DNA from: Dehalococcoidia bacterium
Lineage (GTDB): Bacteria; Chloroflexota; Dehalococcoidia; Plut-88900
Direction: 5' to 3'
Length of the DNA stretch: 64,000 bases
Assembly (NCBI GenBank): GCA_965197585.1
Contig: OZ240215.1
Coordinates: 2,432,001 to 2,496,000, forward strand
Shown here piece after piece: positions 21,303 through 30,144 of the stretch. The notes beneath the pieces are model-generated. The model was not told the DNA's origin. It made no database searches and saw only the letters and a program-made list of their open reading frames with translations. The stretch's first letter is position 1. The number at the start of each line of letters is the position of its first letter. The translations under genes and the position numbers were made by a program.

Positions 21303-22586
21303 ATGTCGCCTAAGCAATTTCACGAAAAAGACGTTCTCGGTCGCCAGGTCGTCGACTTTGAGGAGCGCATTGACGTCCAGCGTATGCGCCGCGACCGCAT
21401 CGCCCGCCTCCAGGCCGAGATCGCAAAGGCCGACCTCGGCGCCATCCTTCTCTGGGATCCGGTCAACATGCGCTACGCCTCCGGCACCCGGCTTATGGAG
21501 AGCTTCATGCTCCGCCACAAGAACAAGTCGGTCCTCGTGCCCCGGGAGGGCAAGCCCATCATCTTCCAGCCCGGCCGTCTTGAAGCCTCCGTAGTTGGAG
21601 ATGACGCCGACACCCGCTGGATCAACACCTTCGAGTTCTGGCAGTTGGGCACTTACACGCCGACTGCCACGAAGAGGTGGGCCGCAGAATTCAAGACCGT
21701 CCTTGAAGAACTCGGCATTGCCGGTGAAAAGCTCGGTATAGATCGCATGGACCCCGACAGTATCCTCGCCCTAACCGGTCTCGGTATCCGTGTAGAGGGC
21801 GCTCTGGCGCCCGTCGGCTGGGCCCGGGCCATAAAGACCCCCGACGAAATCGCAGCCATCCGTCAGGCCTGCGCCATCGCCGATGTCGCCGTCTCCCGCG
21901 TCCGGGATGCCATAGTCCCCGGCGTCACCGAGAACAAGCTCTACTCCATCATGTCCGGCACCAACCTAGAGTACGGCGGTGAGCGCATCGACGGCAAACT
22001 CCTCGCCTCCGGGGGCAATACCAACCCCTGGCTCCATCGGGAGGCCACCGAGCGGGTAGTCCTACCAGGGAATCTGGTCGCAATGGATACAGACATGGCC
22101 GGGCCACTCGGCTACTTCGCCGATATCTCCCGCACCTACCTGTGCGGTGACGTCAAACCCAACGAAGAGCAGCTCGACGCCTACAAGCGCGCCTATGAGT
22201 TCGTCCAGACCGGCATCCCCAAATTTGTCCCCGGCGCTTCCTTCATCGACATCGCCAACTCCATGCCCGAAGTCCCCGACGAATACAAGCGCAATCGCTA
22301 CGTTGTCCTGGCCCACGGCGCAGGCATGTCCGACGAGTGGCCCGCTCTCTACTTCCCCGATATGAACGACACCGGTTTCGGCAATGACGTGGGTGAGGTA
22401 CAGGAGAACATGGTGATCTGCATGGAGGCCAGCTTCGGCCGTGAGAACGGCACGGAGCAGGTCAAGCTGGAAGAGCAGCTTCTCATCACCAAGAACGGCC
22501 CCGAGGTCATGGCCAAGCCCCCTACGACTGGCGTCTCGTCCCCACCGAAGTCTAACCCCCACCCACAAAGGCAATCACTCTTATGA
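21303..22586 (+). CDS. M24 DddP-like protein, paralog 2 (probable frameshift near the C-terminus)
   Basis: same motifs as the upstream paralog; alternate frame at about 22517 reads PYDWRLVPTEV*. Confidence 0.88.
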   Translation: MSPKQFHEKDVLGRQVVDFEERIDVQRMRRDRIARLQAEIAKADLGAILLWDPVNMRYASGTRLMESFMLRHKNKSVLVPREGKPIIFQPGRLEASVVGDDADTRWINTFEFWQLGTYTPTATKRWAAEFKTVLEELGIAGEKLGIDRMDPDSILALTGLGIRVEGALAPVGWARAIKTPDEIAAIRQACAIADVAVSRVRDAIVPGVTENKLYSIMSGTNLEYGGERIDGKLLASGGNTNPWLHREATERVVLPGNLVAMDTDMAGPLGYFADISRTYLCGDVKPNEEQLDAYKRAYEFVQTGIPKFVPGASFIDIANSMPEVPDEYKRNRYVVLAHGAGMSDEWPALYFPDMNDTGFGNDVGEVQENMVICMEASFGRENGTEQVKLEEQLLITKNGPEVMAKPPTTGVSSPPKSNPHPQRQSLL

Positions 22587-23545
22587 CTCGCCCCACCCTC
22601 CAGGACATCTATAAGGCACGCGCCCTTCTCGCCAACTATATGTCCCCCACCCCCCTCCACCACTACCCCGGTCTCGATGCCCTCATCGGCTCCGAGACTT
22701 ACGTAAAGCACGAAAACCACACGAAGCTCGGAGCGTTCAAGATTCGCGGCGCCCTGAATACCATGTCCCAGCTCAGCCCCGAGCACAAGGAGCGGGGAGT
22801 AGTCCTTGCATCCTCAGGCAATTTCGGCCAGGGCATGGCCTATGCCGGTCAGATATTCGGCGCTAAGGTCATCGTTGTTCTGCCGGAGAATCCCAACCCA
22901 TCGAAGATGAAGGCCATAGAGGCTTTCGGCGCAGAGGTCGTCCTGAGTGACACCGTCTACGATGCTGATCCCGCCGCCATCCGTTCTATCGTCGACGAGC
23001 GCGGTTCCCAATACGTCAGTGACTCAACCGACTCCCGTTTCATGGCCGGCAGTGGCGCCATCATGCTCGAAATCCTGGACCAGCTCCCCGATGTCGACGT
23101 GGTAATCCTCCCCGTAGGAGGCGGCGGCCTCGCCTCCGGCGTCTCCGTTGCCGCCAAGGCCCTGAAGCCCGATACCCAGGTCATCGCCGTGTGCAGCGCC
23201 CAGGCCGCATCCCCCTACTTATCATGGAAGCAGGGCATGCTGGTCGACGCCCCAATGACCACCTTCGCCGAGGGCATCGGCGTCAAAGTCACCGACGAAA
23301 TACCCTTCCGCATCATGCGCGACCTCCTGGACGATTTCGTAGCCGTCGATGACAGCGAGATCCGTAAGGCCATCTCCCTCCTACTCGAAAAAACCCACAA
23401 CCTCGCCGAGGGCGCGGGCGCAACTCCCCTCGCCGCCGCCCTCAAGCTCAAAGACCGGCTCAAGGGCAAGAAAGTCGTCCTTATCCAGTCCGGCGGCAAC
23501 GCTTCCATAGAAGAACTCAAAGCATCACTTGTTGCGACCCAATGA
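22583..23545 (+). CDS. PLP-dependent threonine/serine dehydratase family protein
   Basis: 'KHEN...GAFKIRG', 'SSGNFGQ', 'PVGGGG', 'AEGAGA', 'SGGN'. Confidence 0.9.
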   Translation: MTRPTLQDIYKARALLANYMSPTPLHHYPGLDALIGSETYVKHENHTKLGAFKIRGALNTMSQLSPEHKERGVVLASSGNFGQGMAYAGQIFGAKVIVVLPENPNPSKMKAIEAFGAEVVLSDTVYDADPAAIRSIVDERGSQYVSDSTDSRFMAGSGAIMLEILDQLPDVDVVILPVGGGGLASGVSVAAKALKPDTQVIAVCSAQAASPYLSWKQGMLVDAPMTTFAEGIGVKVTDEIPFRIMRDLLDDFVAVDDSEIRKAISLLLEKTHNLAEGAGATPLAAALKLKDRLKGKKVVLIQSGGNASIEELKASLVATQ

Positions 23546-24501
23546 AATACACCACCGACATTCAGTCCATCATCAAGGCCCACGCTCTGCTAAAACGGTA
23601 CATGTCCCCCACCCCTCTCCACCACTACCCCGGCCTCGACGCCCTTCTCGGCTCCGAGACCTACGTCAAGCACGAAAACCACACCGCTATCGGCTCCTTC
23701 AAGATCAGGGGCGGCCTCAACGCCATCGCCAACCTCACCCCTGAGCAGTTAAAGAAGGGCGTCGCCGTTGCGTCCACAGGCAACTTCGGCCAGTCCATCG
23801 CTTACGCCAGCCAGCTCTTCGGCTGCCACGCCGTCATCGCTCTGCCATCCAACCCCAATCCCGGCAAGGCCGAGGCAATCCGCAATTTCGGCGCTGAGCT
23901 CTTGACCTACGGCGCAGACTACGACGAGGCACGAGGCCACCTCCAGACCATCGCCGATGAGAAGGGCTACCGTCTCTTCAACGACGCCGAAGACCACGAT
24001 TTCGTTTCCGGCCTCGGCACCTGCATGGTCGAAATCCTCCAGGACCTCCCCGACGCCGAGGTCGTCATCGTGCCCATCGGCGGCGCTGGCTTCGCATCCA
24101 GCCTCTGCATTGCAGGCAAGGCCATCAAGCCCGACCTCGAAATCATAGGTGTTTCCTCCGAAGCAGCGCTATCGCCGTATCTATCCTGGAAAGAGGGGCG
24201 TCTTGTCGACTCCCCCACCACCACCTTCGCCGAGGGCATCTCCGTCCGCGTCTCCTTCGACGGCTCCCAGGCCGTCATCCGTGACCTCCTCGACGACTAC
24301 GTCCTCGTCTCCGAAGACGGCATCCGCCGCTCCGTCATCCATCTGCTGGAAAAGACCCACAACCTCGCCGAGGGCGCAGGCGCCGCCCCCCTCGCCGCCG
24401 CCCAAGCCCTAAAAGACCGCATCAAAGGCCGCAAGACCGTCCTAATCCTCAGCGGCGGCAACCTCTCCCTCACCCACCTCAAAGAGTGCCTAGCCCTCTA
24501 A
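23542..24501 (+). CDS. PLP-dependent threonine/serine dehydratase family protein, paralog 2
   Basis: 'GSFKIRG', 'STGNFGQ', 'LSGGN'; ATGA overlap. Confidence 0.9.
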   Translation: MKYTTDIQSIIKAHALLKRYMSPTPLHHYPGLDALLGSETYVKHENHTAIGSFKIRGGLNAIANLTPEQLKKGVAVASTGNFGQSIAYASQLFGCHAVIALPSNPNPGKAEAIRNFGAELLTYGADYDEARGHLQTIADEKGYRLFNDAEDHDFVSGLGTCMVEILQDLPDAEVVIVPIGGAGFASSLCIAGKAIKPDLEIIGVSSEAALSPYLSWKEGRLVDSPTTTFAEGISVRVSFDGSQAVIRDLLDDYVLVSEDGIRRSVIHLLEKTHNLAEGAGAAPLAAAQALKDRIKGRKTVLILSGGNLSLTHLKECLAL

Positions 24502-24562
24502 CTACCGTTATTCAATCCCTCATTTAAGTCATGCCCGTCCCTAACCTTCTCTCCCTTCCAAA

Positions 24563-24680
24563 CCAGTACTGAACTAGAGGGAGGCATAGGCGCAAAGCGC
24601 CTATGCCTCCCTCTGTTCTCATCTCCCCCTCTCCCTTAAAGGCCCTAAGGGAGAGGGGGACCAAGGGGGTGAGGGTTCCC
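24563..24680 (+). repeat. ~118-bp double-hairpin dispersed repeat, copy 1
   Basis: reverse-complement match to 50960-51078 and 51206-51323. Confidence 0.9.
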
Positions 24681-24722
24681 TCCCGCGGGGTTAGAGGGGC
24701 ATACCCCTGTTATAATTCACGC

Positions 24723-25259
24723 ATGCCCAAGACCCCTCCCATGTACACTGGCTTCGGCGACGGCGGCCAGACCGGCCTCCTCTACGGCGGCCGAGTCTCA
24801 AAGGCCGACCCCCGCTGCGAAGCCTACGGCGCACTAGACGAAGCCGTATCCGCCATGGGCCTCGGGCGCGCCCTCTCCCCTAAACAGGACGTCCAGGAAA
24901 TCCTTCTCGCACTCCAGAGAGAGTCCTTCACCGTGGGTGGTGAGATAGCCATAGACACTGACTTCTACCCCAAATTCCTCAAGCACTTCCAGAAAGTCAC
25001 CGCCGACATGGTCGACAAGCTGGAAGAAACCACAGACGCCCTGTCCGATAAAATAGAGATTCCCAGAGAGTTCATCATGCCCGGCGGCTCACCCGCCGGC
25101 GCGGCCATCGACCTCGCCCGCTCTACCGTCCGCCGTGCCGAGCGCCGGACCGTCGAACTCATGGACACGGGCCTCCTCACCAACACCGAAATCCCCCGCT
25201 ACCTCAACCGCCTCAGTTCCCTCCTGTTCGTCCTCGCCCGCTACGAAGAAACCCCCTAA
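24723..25259 (+). CDS. pduO: cob(I)alamin adenosyltransferase, PduO type
   Basis: 'YTGFGDGGQTGL..G.RVSK', 'EAYGALDE', 'ARSTVRRAER', 'YLNRLS'. Confidence 0.9.
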   Translation: MPKTPPMYTGFGDGGQTGLLYGGRVSKADPRCEAYGALDEAVSAMGLGRALSPKQDVQEILLALQRESFTVGGEIAIDTDFYPKFLKHFQKVTADMVDKLEETTDALSDKIEIPREFIMPGGSPAGAAIDLARSTVRRAERRTVELMDTGLLTNTEIPRYLNRLSSLLFVLARYEETP

Positions 25260-25279
25260 CCTCCGCCACAAAGCGTTGC

Positions 25280-26128
25280 CTACGCATCCACCGGCTCCTG
25301 GGGTGGCAGTCCTCCTTTACCTGGCCTCACCCTAATCCAGTGCGCCGCGATTATTGCAATCCCGTAGGCGACAACCATAGGCATAATGTAGAACATCCAC
25401 AGATAAAATGAGCTCAAGATCGGGGATCCGTACAATAAGCAATTCTCTATATCCAAGGCCACAAATCGCGAAACGTACGCTACCATAGCCGCTCCAAACA
25501 ACACCCCTATCCCCACCCTGCCCACGGGCTTTCCCATATCCGCACTATGTAGTGCCCGGATGGCAATAAAGCTCAACAGCACTTTGATCGCTAACAAGCC
25601 AATTTCGTAACCAATACGCGAATCGTATATTGGCGCCAACAGGTTCACTCCCGGAAACGCTATTACTCCAATTAGGATCAGCGCTTTGTCGAACCCGTTC
25701 CGCGAAGCCCGCCTGGCAAAACACACCAATACCGCGAGCGTCATCGCAAACCATGCCCACCACAGCAGGGTAATCCAAACGGGCTCCACCTCCCCCTCCC
25801 CAACCCCGATCCGCTCATATCGGCTTCCATACACCCAGGCTGTCGTCAGCGTGTGGGCTATGCCCAAGGGCACGACTGCTACCGAGTACTGCCAAACCAG
25901 CTTGAGCATCGGGCGCTGCAACCGTCTAACCCACCTGTACGAAATCGCCAACACTGCAAAGCTAGCTATGAAGAACGGTAAGTTAGACCATCCGTAGCTT
26001 CCGTAGATGAAAAAACCAACAGGTATTTGCACGAGGGCGCCCACTATCGATGCAACCACCCCCACCCCAAAGAACAGCCAAAGCTCCCACCTGTACTCCC
26101 GCACCTTCCCCAGCACAGCCGCCCTCAT
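25280..26128 (-). CDS. hypothetical multi-pass membrane protein
   Basis: about 8 hydrophobic segments; RBS GAGGT, directly after the nucleoside hydrolase. Confidence 0.7.
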   Translation of the reverse strand: MRAAVLGKVREYRWELWLFFGVGVVASIVGALVQIPVGFFIYGSYGWSNLPFFIASFAVLAISYRWVRRLQRPMLKLVWQYSVAVVPLGIAHTLTTAWVYGSRYERIGVGEGEVEPVWITLLWWAWFAMTLAVLVCFARRASRNGFDKALILIGVIAFPGVNLLAPIYDSRIGYEIGLLAIKVLLSFIAIRALHSADMGKPVGRVGIGVLFGAAMVAYVSRFVALDIENCLLYGSPILSSFYLWMFYIMPMVVAYGIAIIAAHWIRVRPGKGGLPPQEPVDA

Positions 26129-26133
26129 CTACC

Positions 26134-27096
26134 TCACCCCAACCCACCGACCCTCGACAGAAGCATCTCAATAAACCGCTCCCCCTCCACCCGAGAAGCC
26201 ACCCGGCAGTTAGGCTCCGGCTGCGCGCCCCCCGGGAGTCGATAGGGCACCGTCATCCCTCTAGTAAGACCTTCCCGCGTCTCAACATACACCCGACGCG
26301 GCGCCGCCGTCATCAGCGATGGGTCGATTACCACAGCGGTCGCCATCGGGTCGTGCATGTACGTCCCGTCGAATCCGCTCTGTGCCTGCGTGAAGTCCAT
26401 GTAGAATTGGCAACAGTCGTAGGCAAAACGGCCCGCCCTGCCTCCCTTATCCACAAACCACTCCTTCGCTGCACTGCGCATCAGCCCTATACCGTGGGTC
26501 GCGTCCGTGGGCACCAAGGTAAACGCTATACCCGACTCCAGGACTACATCCAACGACTCCGGGTCCACGTAAGTATTGAACTCCGCCGCGTACATTGGCT
26601 CGATGTTCCCCGCCGCATCCACCGCACCCCCCATGTTCACTATTTCAACAGCCTGCGCCATCTTCTCAGGAAATTCCTGAATGGCCCTTGCCACGTTGGT
26701 TAAGGGCCCCGTAGCCACTATCGTCACCTCCCCAGGCCTCCCTGCCACCATCTCCGCCATAGCCTCTACTGCGCCCATTTCAGACACCAGTCCCCAGTCA
26801 AGGTCGCCATAGTAGTCGTCTCCCAGGTCGCCCAGGCCGTCCTCCCCGTGGACCGCCGCCGCCGTATAGAGCTCCTTTACCAGCGGCGCCGACTCCCCCT
26901 TGTACACCTTGGCCCTCTTCACTTCTTCCACGAACGACAGTATCCGAAGCACGTTTGGCGTGCATTTGTCCACGTGTACGTTACCGCTCACTGTCGTAAT
27001 CCCGATCACCTCCACCTCCGGCGAGGCCAGGGCCAGCAATATCGCCAGCGCATCGTCGACACCGGCGTCTACGTCTAAAATGATGGGTCTAGCCAT
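26134..27096 (-). CDS. nucleoside hydrolase (IU-NH family)
   Basis: 'DVDAGVDDA', 'VHGEDGLG', 'TGPLTN', 'AEFN', 'HDP'; RBS GGAGG before ATG 27096. Confidence 0.92.
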   Translation of the reverse strand: MARPIILDVDAGVDDALAILLALASPEVEVIGITTVSGNVHVDKCTPNVLRILSFVEEVKRAKVYKGESAPLVKELYTAAAVHGEDGLGDLGDDYYGDLDWGLVSEMGAVEAMAEMVAGRPGEVTIVATGPLTNVARAIQEFPEKMAQAVEIVNMGGAVDAAGNIEPMYAAEFNTYVDPESLDVVLESGIAFTLVPTDATHGIGLMRSAAKEWFVDKGGRAGRFAYDCCQFYMDFTQAQSGFDGTYMHDPMATAVVIDPSLMTAAPRRVYVETREGLTRGMTVPYRLPGGAQPEPNCRVASRVEGERFIEMLLSRVGGLG

Positions 27097-27180
27097 TGAA
27101 GTCTCCTCCATGAATGTACCAACAGAAGCATTCGTTGGGGTATATTGCCCACATAGCAGTCCCCGAGAAAGGAGAATCTT

Positions 27181-28092
27181 ATCATCAAGCCCATAGTCGT
27201 AGCTGGCGGCATCAACATGGACCTGATCGCCTCCACCGAGAGAATGCCTCGGCCCGGCGAGACCGTGTTCGCCACAGGCCTCACCCGAGTCGCAGGAGGC
27301 AAGGGCCTTAACCAGGCCATCGCCGCCCGACGTCTCGGCCTCGCGCCCGTCTACATGCTCGGAAGCGTCGGCAACGACCCCTTCGGCACCGAGCTCCTGG
27401 AGTTCATGCACGAAGAAGATATCGAGACCGTAGGCGTAACCTCATCCCCTGACCCCACGGGCGTCGCCCTTATCACGGTCGACTCCCACGCCGAAAACAC
27501 CATAGTCGTTGCCACAGGCGCCAACTCCCGCTTTTTCCCCGAGCATCTCGACTCTCTAGCGCCTTATATCGCTGGTGCAGGCGTAGTCCTTGTCCAGCTT
27601 GAAATACCCGTCGAGACCGTCCACCGCTTCCTCACCATCGCCTCCGAGTCCAGTGTCACCACTATCCTCAACACTGCCCCCGCCCTGCCCCTCCCCGACT
27701 CCATCCTCTCCCTTGTCGATATCCTGTGCCTCAACGAAACAGAACTCTCCGAAATGACTCAAACTCCCATAGATTCCACAGACCGCGAATCGCTGGTATC
27801 GGCTGCACACATGCTCCTGGCCCGTGGCCCTCGGACCGTGATAGTCACCCTCGGCGCTGCCGGAGCCCTCACAGTCACCCCCGACTATGCCTACCTGACA
27901 TCCGCCCTCATCGTCCACGCCCTTGACCCTACCGGCGCCGGCGACTGCTTCCTCGGGGCCCTGGCCTCCCGCCTCAACGAAGGCGCATCACTCCCCGACG
28001 CAATTGCCTTCGCCAACAGTGCCGCTACCCTTTCCGTCCAACGCCTCGGCGCAAGCTCCTCCATCCCCCACCGCCCAGAACTCGAACCCTGA
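27181..28092 (+). CDS. rbsK: ribokinase
   Basis: 'IVVAGGINMD', 'GGKG.NQA', 'QLE', 'NETE', 'DPTGAGDCF'; apparent ATC start at 27181 (first ATG is 27217). Confidence 0.9.
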   Translation: MIKPIVVAGGINMDLIASTERMPRPGETVFATGLTRVAGGKGLNQAIAARRLGLAPVYMLGSVGNDPFGTELLEFMHEEDIETVGVTSSPDPTGVALITVDSHAENTIVVATGANSRFFPEHLDSLAPYIAGAGVVLVQLEIPVETVHRFLTIASESSVTTILNTAPALPLPDSILSLVDILCLNETELSEMTQTPIDSTDRESLVSAAHMLLARGPRTVIVTLGAAGALTVTPDYAYLTSALIVHALDPTGAGDCFLGALASRLNEGASLPDAIAFANSAATLSVQRLGASSSIPHRPELEP

Positions 28093-28263
28093 CTATTCGC
28101 TCAATATCAAGTAATGTCCTGCGTCATTTGATAATCATATTAGTCTCTTGAGGTCGAAAAGCCCCGGTATAGTTAAGCAAATCGCGGAAAAAGCCAAACA
28201 AGATTATCGGATATAGGATCATTTACAATGTCACTAGGTATTGCGCCAGGGGACGAGGAGTAA

Positions 28264-28554
28264 CTAAACGTAGGAGATTTCTTCGGTTTCACCCTTGCTA
28301 TTTTTACGTTTAGCCAATATCCAATTTCCTGAAACCTTGCTAGGGGGGTGTTCAAGAGTCAGTTGACCGAACAGCGAGACACGCCCTTCCTTGGTAATGA
28401 TACCAAAATCTACTATGTTACAAAGAGGACAACTGACAGCGTATCCGTGCTGTCCTTTCTTAACCCCTTGGAGGGGATGCAGGTTTGTATCGGGATGCTT
28501 TTGGCATTGAAAACATATTTGATCCATACAAATTTTTCCTTCCAGTATTGTCAA
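28264..28554 (-). CDS. small AT-rich hypothetical protein with two CxxC motifs
   Basis: CFQC and CPLC; low-GC patch; start uncertain. Confidence 0.45.
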   Translation of the reverse strand: MTILEGKICMDQICFQCQKHPDTNLHPLQGVKKGQHGYAVSCPLCNIVDFGIITKEGRVSLFGQLTLEHPPSKVSGNWILAKRKNSKGETEEISYV

Positions 28555-28607
28555 ATGGCCTCTTAGTCACACTACATTGCCCACTTGGTGAAAAAATCTA
28601 GTGCCCC

Positions 28608-29372
28608 CTACCGAGCCCTATACTCAGGCTTCCTCTTCTCCGAAAACGCCCGTGGCCCTTCCTTACTGTCCTTGCTCTCGTACAACGCGCTCATCAGCGT
28701 ATGCACCAGGTGCAGACCCTCGCTATGAGGCATATTCGAACCCCGGTAGGCCAGCTCCTTAGTCACCCTTACCGAAAGCGGCGCGTTCTCGCATATCCGC
28801 CGCGCTATCGACTCCGCCGTCGGCATCAATTCTTCCTGAGGCACAACCCGGCTAACGAGCCCGATCCGCAGTGCCTTCTCCGCATCTATGAAATCTCCCG
28901 TCAGCAGAATCTCCATAGCCTCGGCCATGCCCACCATCTTCGGCAAACGCATCGCCCCATACCCGTGCAGTAGTCCCCATCTCACCTCCGGCGACCCGAA
29001 CGATGCACTCTCCGACGCAATCCTGATATCGCAGGCAAGCGCCAATTCCAGCCCTCCGGCCAGACAATACCCATTCACCGCCGCAATGAACGGCTTCACC
29101 GACATCGGTTGGTCGTAGTGCTTGAACATCGTGTACGGCTGCCCCGGCCCTTCCAACTCCCGATTCACGTATTCCTTCAGGTCGCCCCCACTGCTGAACG
29201 CCTTGTCCCCGGCCCCCGTGACAATCGCCACCCAGACATCCGGGTCCCGGTCCACTTCCTCTATCGCATCGGCCAGCTTCTGTTTCAACTCCTCGTTCAT
29301 CGCGTTCATCGCCTGCGGCCTGTTCAGGGTGATATATGCTACCCTGTCCCGCACTTCGTAATCTAAAACCAT
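28608..29372 (-). CDS. enoyl-CoA hydratase/isomerase
   Basis: 'ITLNRP..MNA', 'FSSGGDL', 'GGLELAL.CD', 'PEV', 'EGPRAF.EKRKP'. Confidence 0.92.
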   Translation of the reverse strand: MVLDYEVRDRVAYITLNRPQAMNAMNEELKQKLADAIEEVDRDPDVWVAIVTGAGDKAFSSGGDLKEYVNRELEGPGQPYTMFKHYDQPMSVKPFIAAVNGYCLAGGLELALACDIRIASESASFGSPEVRWGLLHGYGAMRLPKMVGMAEAMEILLTGDFIDAEKALRIGLVSRVVPQEELMPTAESIARRICENAPLSVRVTKELAYRGSNMPHSEGLHLVHTLMSALYESKDSKEGPRAFSEKRKPEYRAR

Positions 29373-30124
29373 GACACGCCTCTCTGATATCCCCCGGTCA
29401 GCTGTACCGCCGTCCCCGACACCCATTTCGCCGCCGGGCTCGCCAAGTGCCGAATCATCTCCCCTATGTCCCGCGGCGTCCCGATACCCAGGGGATACTC
29501 AAGCAGCACCTCGGCTTTCCTCTCCTCGCTCCACCCCGGCTCCCGGGAGTCGATCGCCCCCGGCATCAGCGCCACCACCCTGATCCCCTTGTCAGCCACC
29601 TGTATCGCAAACTCCATCGTCATGCCCAATAGCGCCGCCTTGCTTGCGTTGTACGCGGGAGACATCCCCGGCTCCCCGACCCGCGCCGCCTGGGAGCTCA
29701 TACTAACGATGAACCCCTTGCCCGCCTTCATCATCGGACCTAGCGCCGCCCTGGAGCAGTAGAACACCCCGTTTACGTTCACGTCTATCACCCGACGCCA
29801 TTCCTCGTCCGGCAGGTCCCACGCGTTGCCCCTTGGCGCATCTATCCCCGCATTGTTCACCAGGATGTCCAGCCGACCGTACTCCTCGACCGCCCGTGCC
29901 ACCAGCGCTTCTGCCTCCCGAGGCTGGCTTGTGTCCATTACCATGCTCACCGCCTCCCCACCCACCCCCCTAATCTCCGACACCGTCCTGTCCGCGGGCT
30001 GGATGTCTCCAATCACTATCTTCACACCCGCCTCGGCCAGGACGTGCGCTATGCCTCTCCCAATTCCCCGTGCCGCTCCCGTAACTATCGCTACTTCGCC
30101 GGTGATGTCACTGCTGTCGCCCAT
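29363..30124 (-). CDS. SDR family oxidoreductase
   Basis: TGAARGIG, NNAG, YNASK. Confidence 0.92.
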   Translation of the reverse strand: MGDSSDITGEVAIVTGAARGIGRGIAHVLAEAGVKIVIGDIQPADRTVSEIRGVGGEAVSMVMDTSQPREAEALVARAVEEYGRLDILVNNAGIDAPRGNAWDLPDEEWRRVIDVNVNGVFYCSRAALGPMMKAGKGFIVSMSSQAARVGEPGMSPAYNASKAALLGMTMEFAIQVADKGIRVVALMPGAIDSREPGWSEERKAEVLLEYPLGIGTPRDIGEMIRHLASPAAKWVSGTAVQLTGGYQRGVSWF

Positions 30125-30144
30125 CTGCTACTCCCTTGGCCCTG

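Noticed and set aside
24502-24722. Cobalamin riboswitch upstream of pduO
   Set aside because: The sequence is the dispersed repeat also found at 51 kb; no B12-box and the gene looks leaderless
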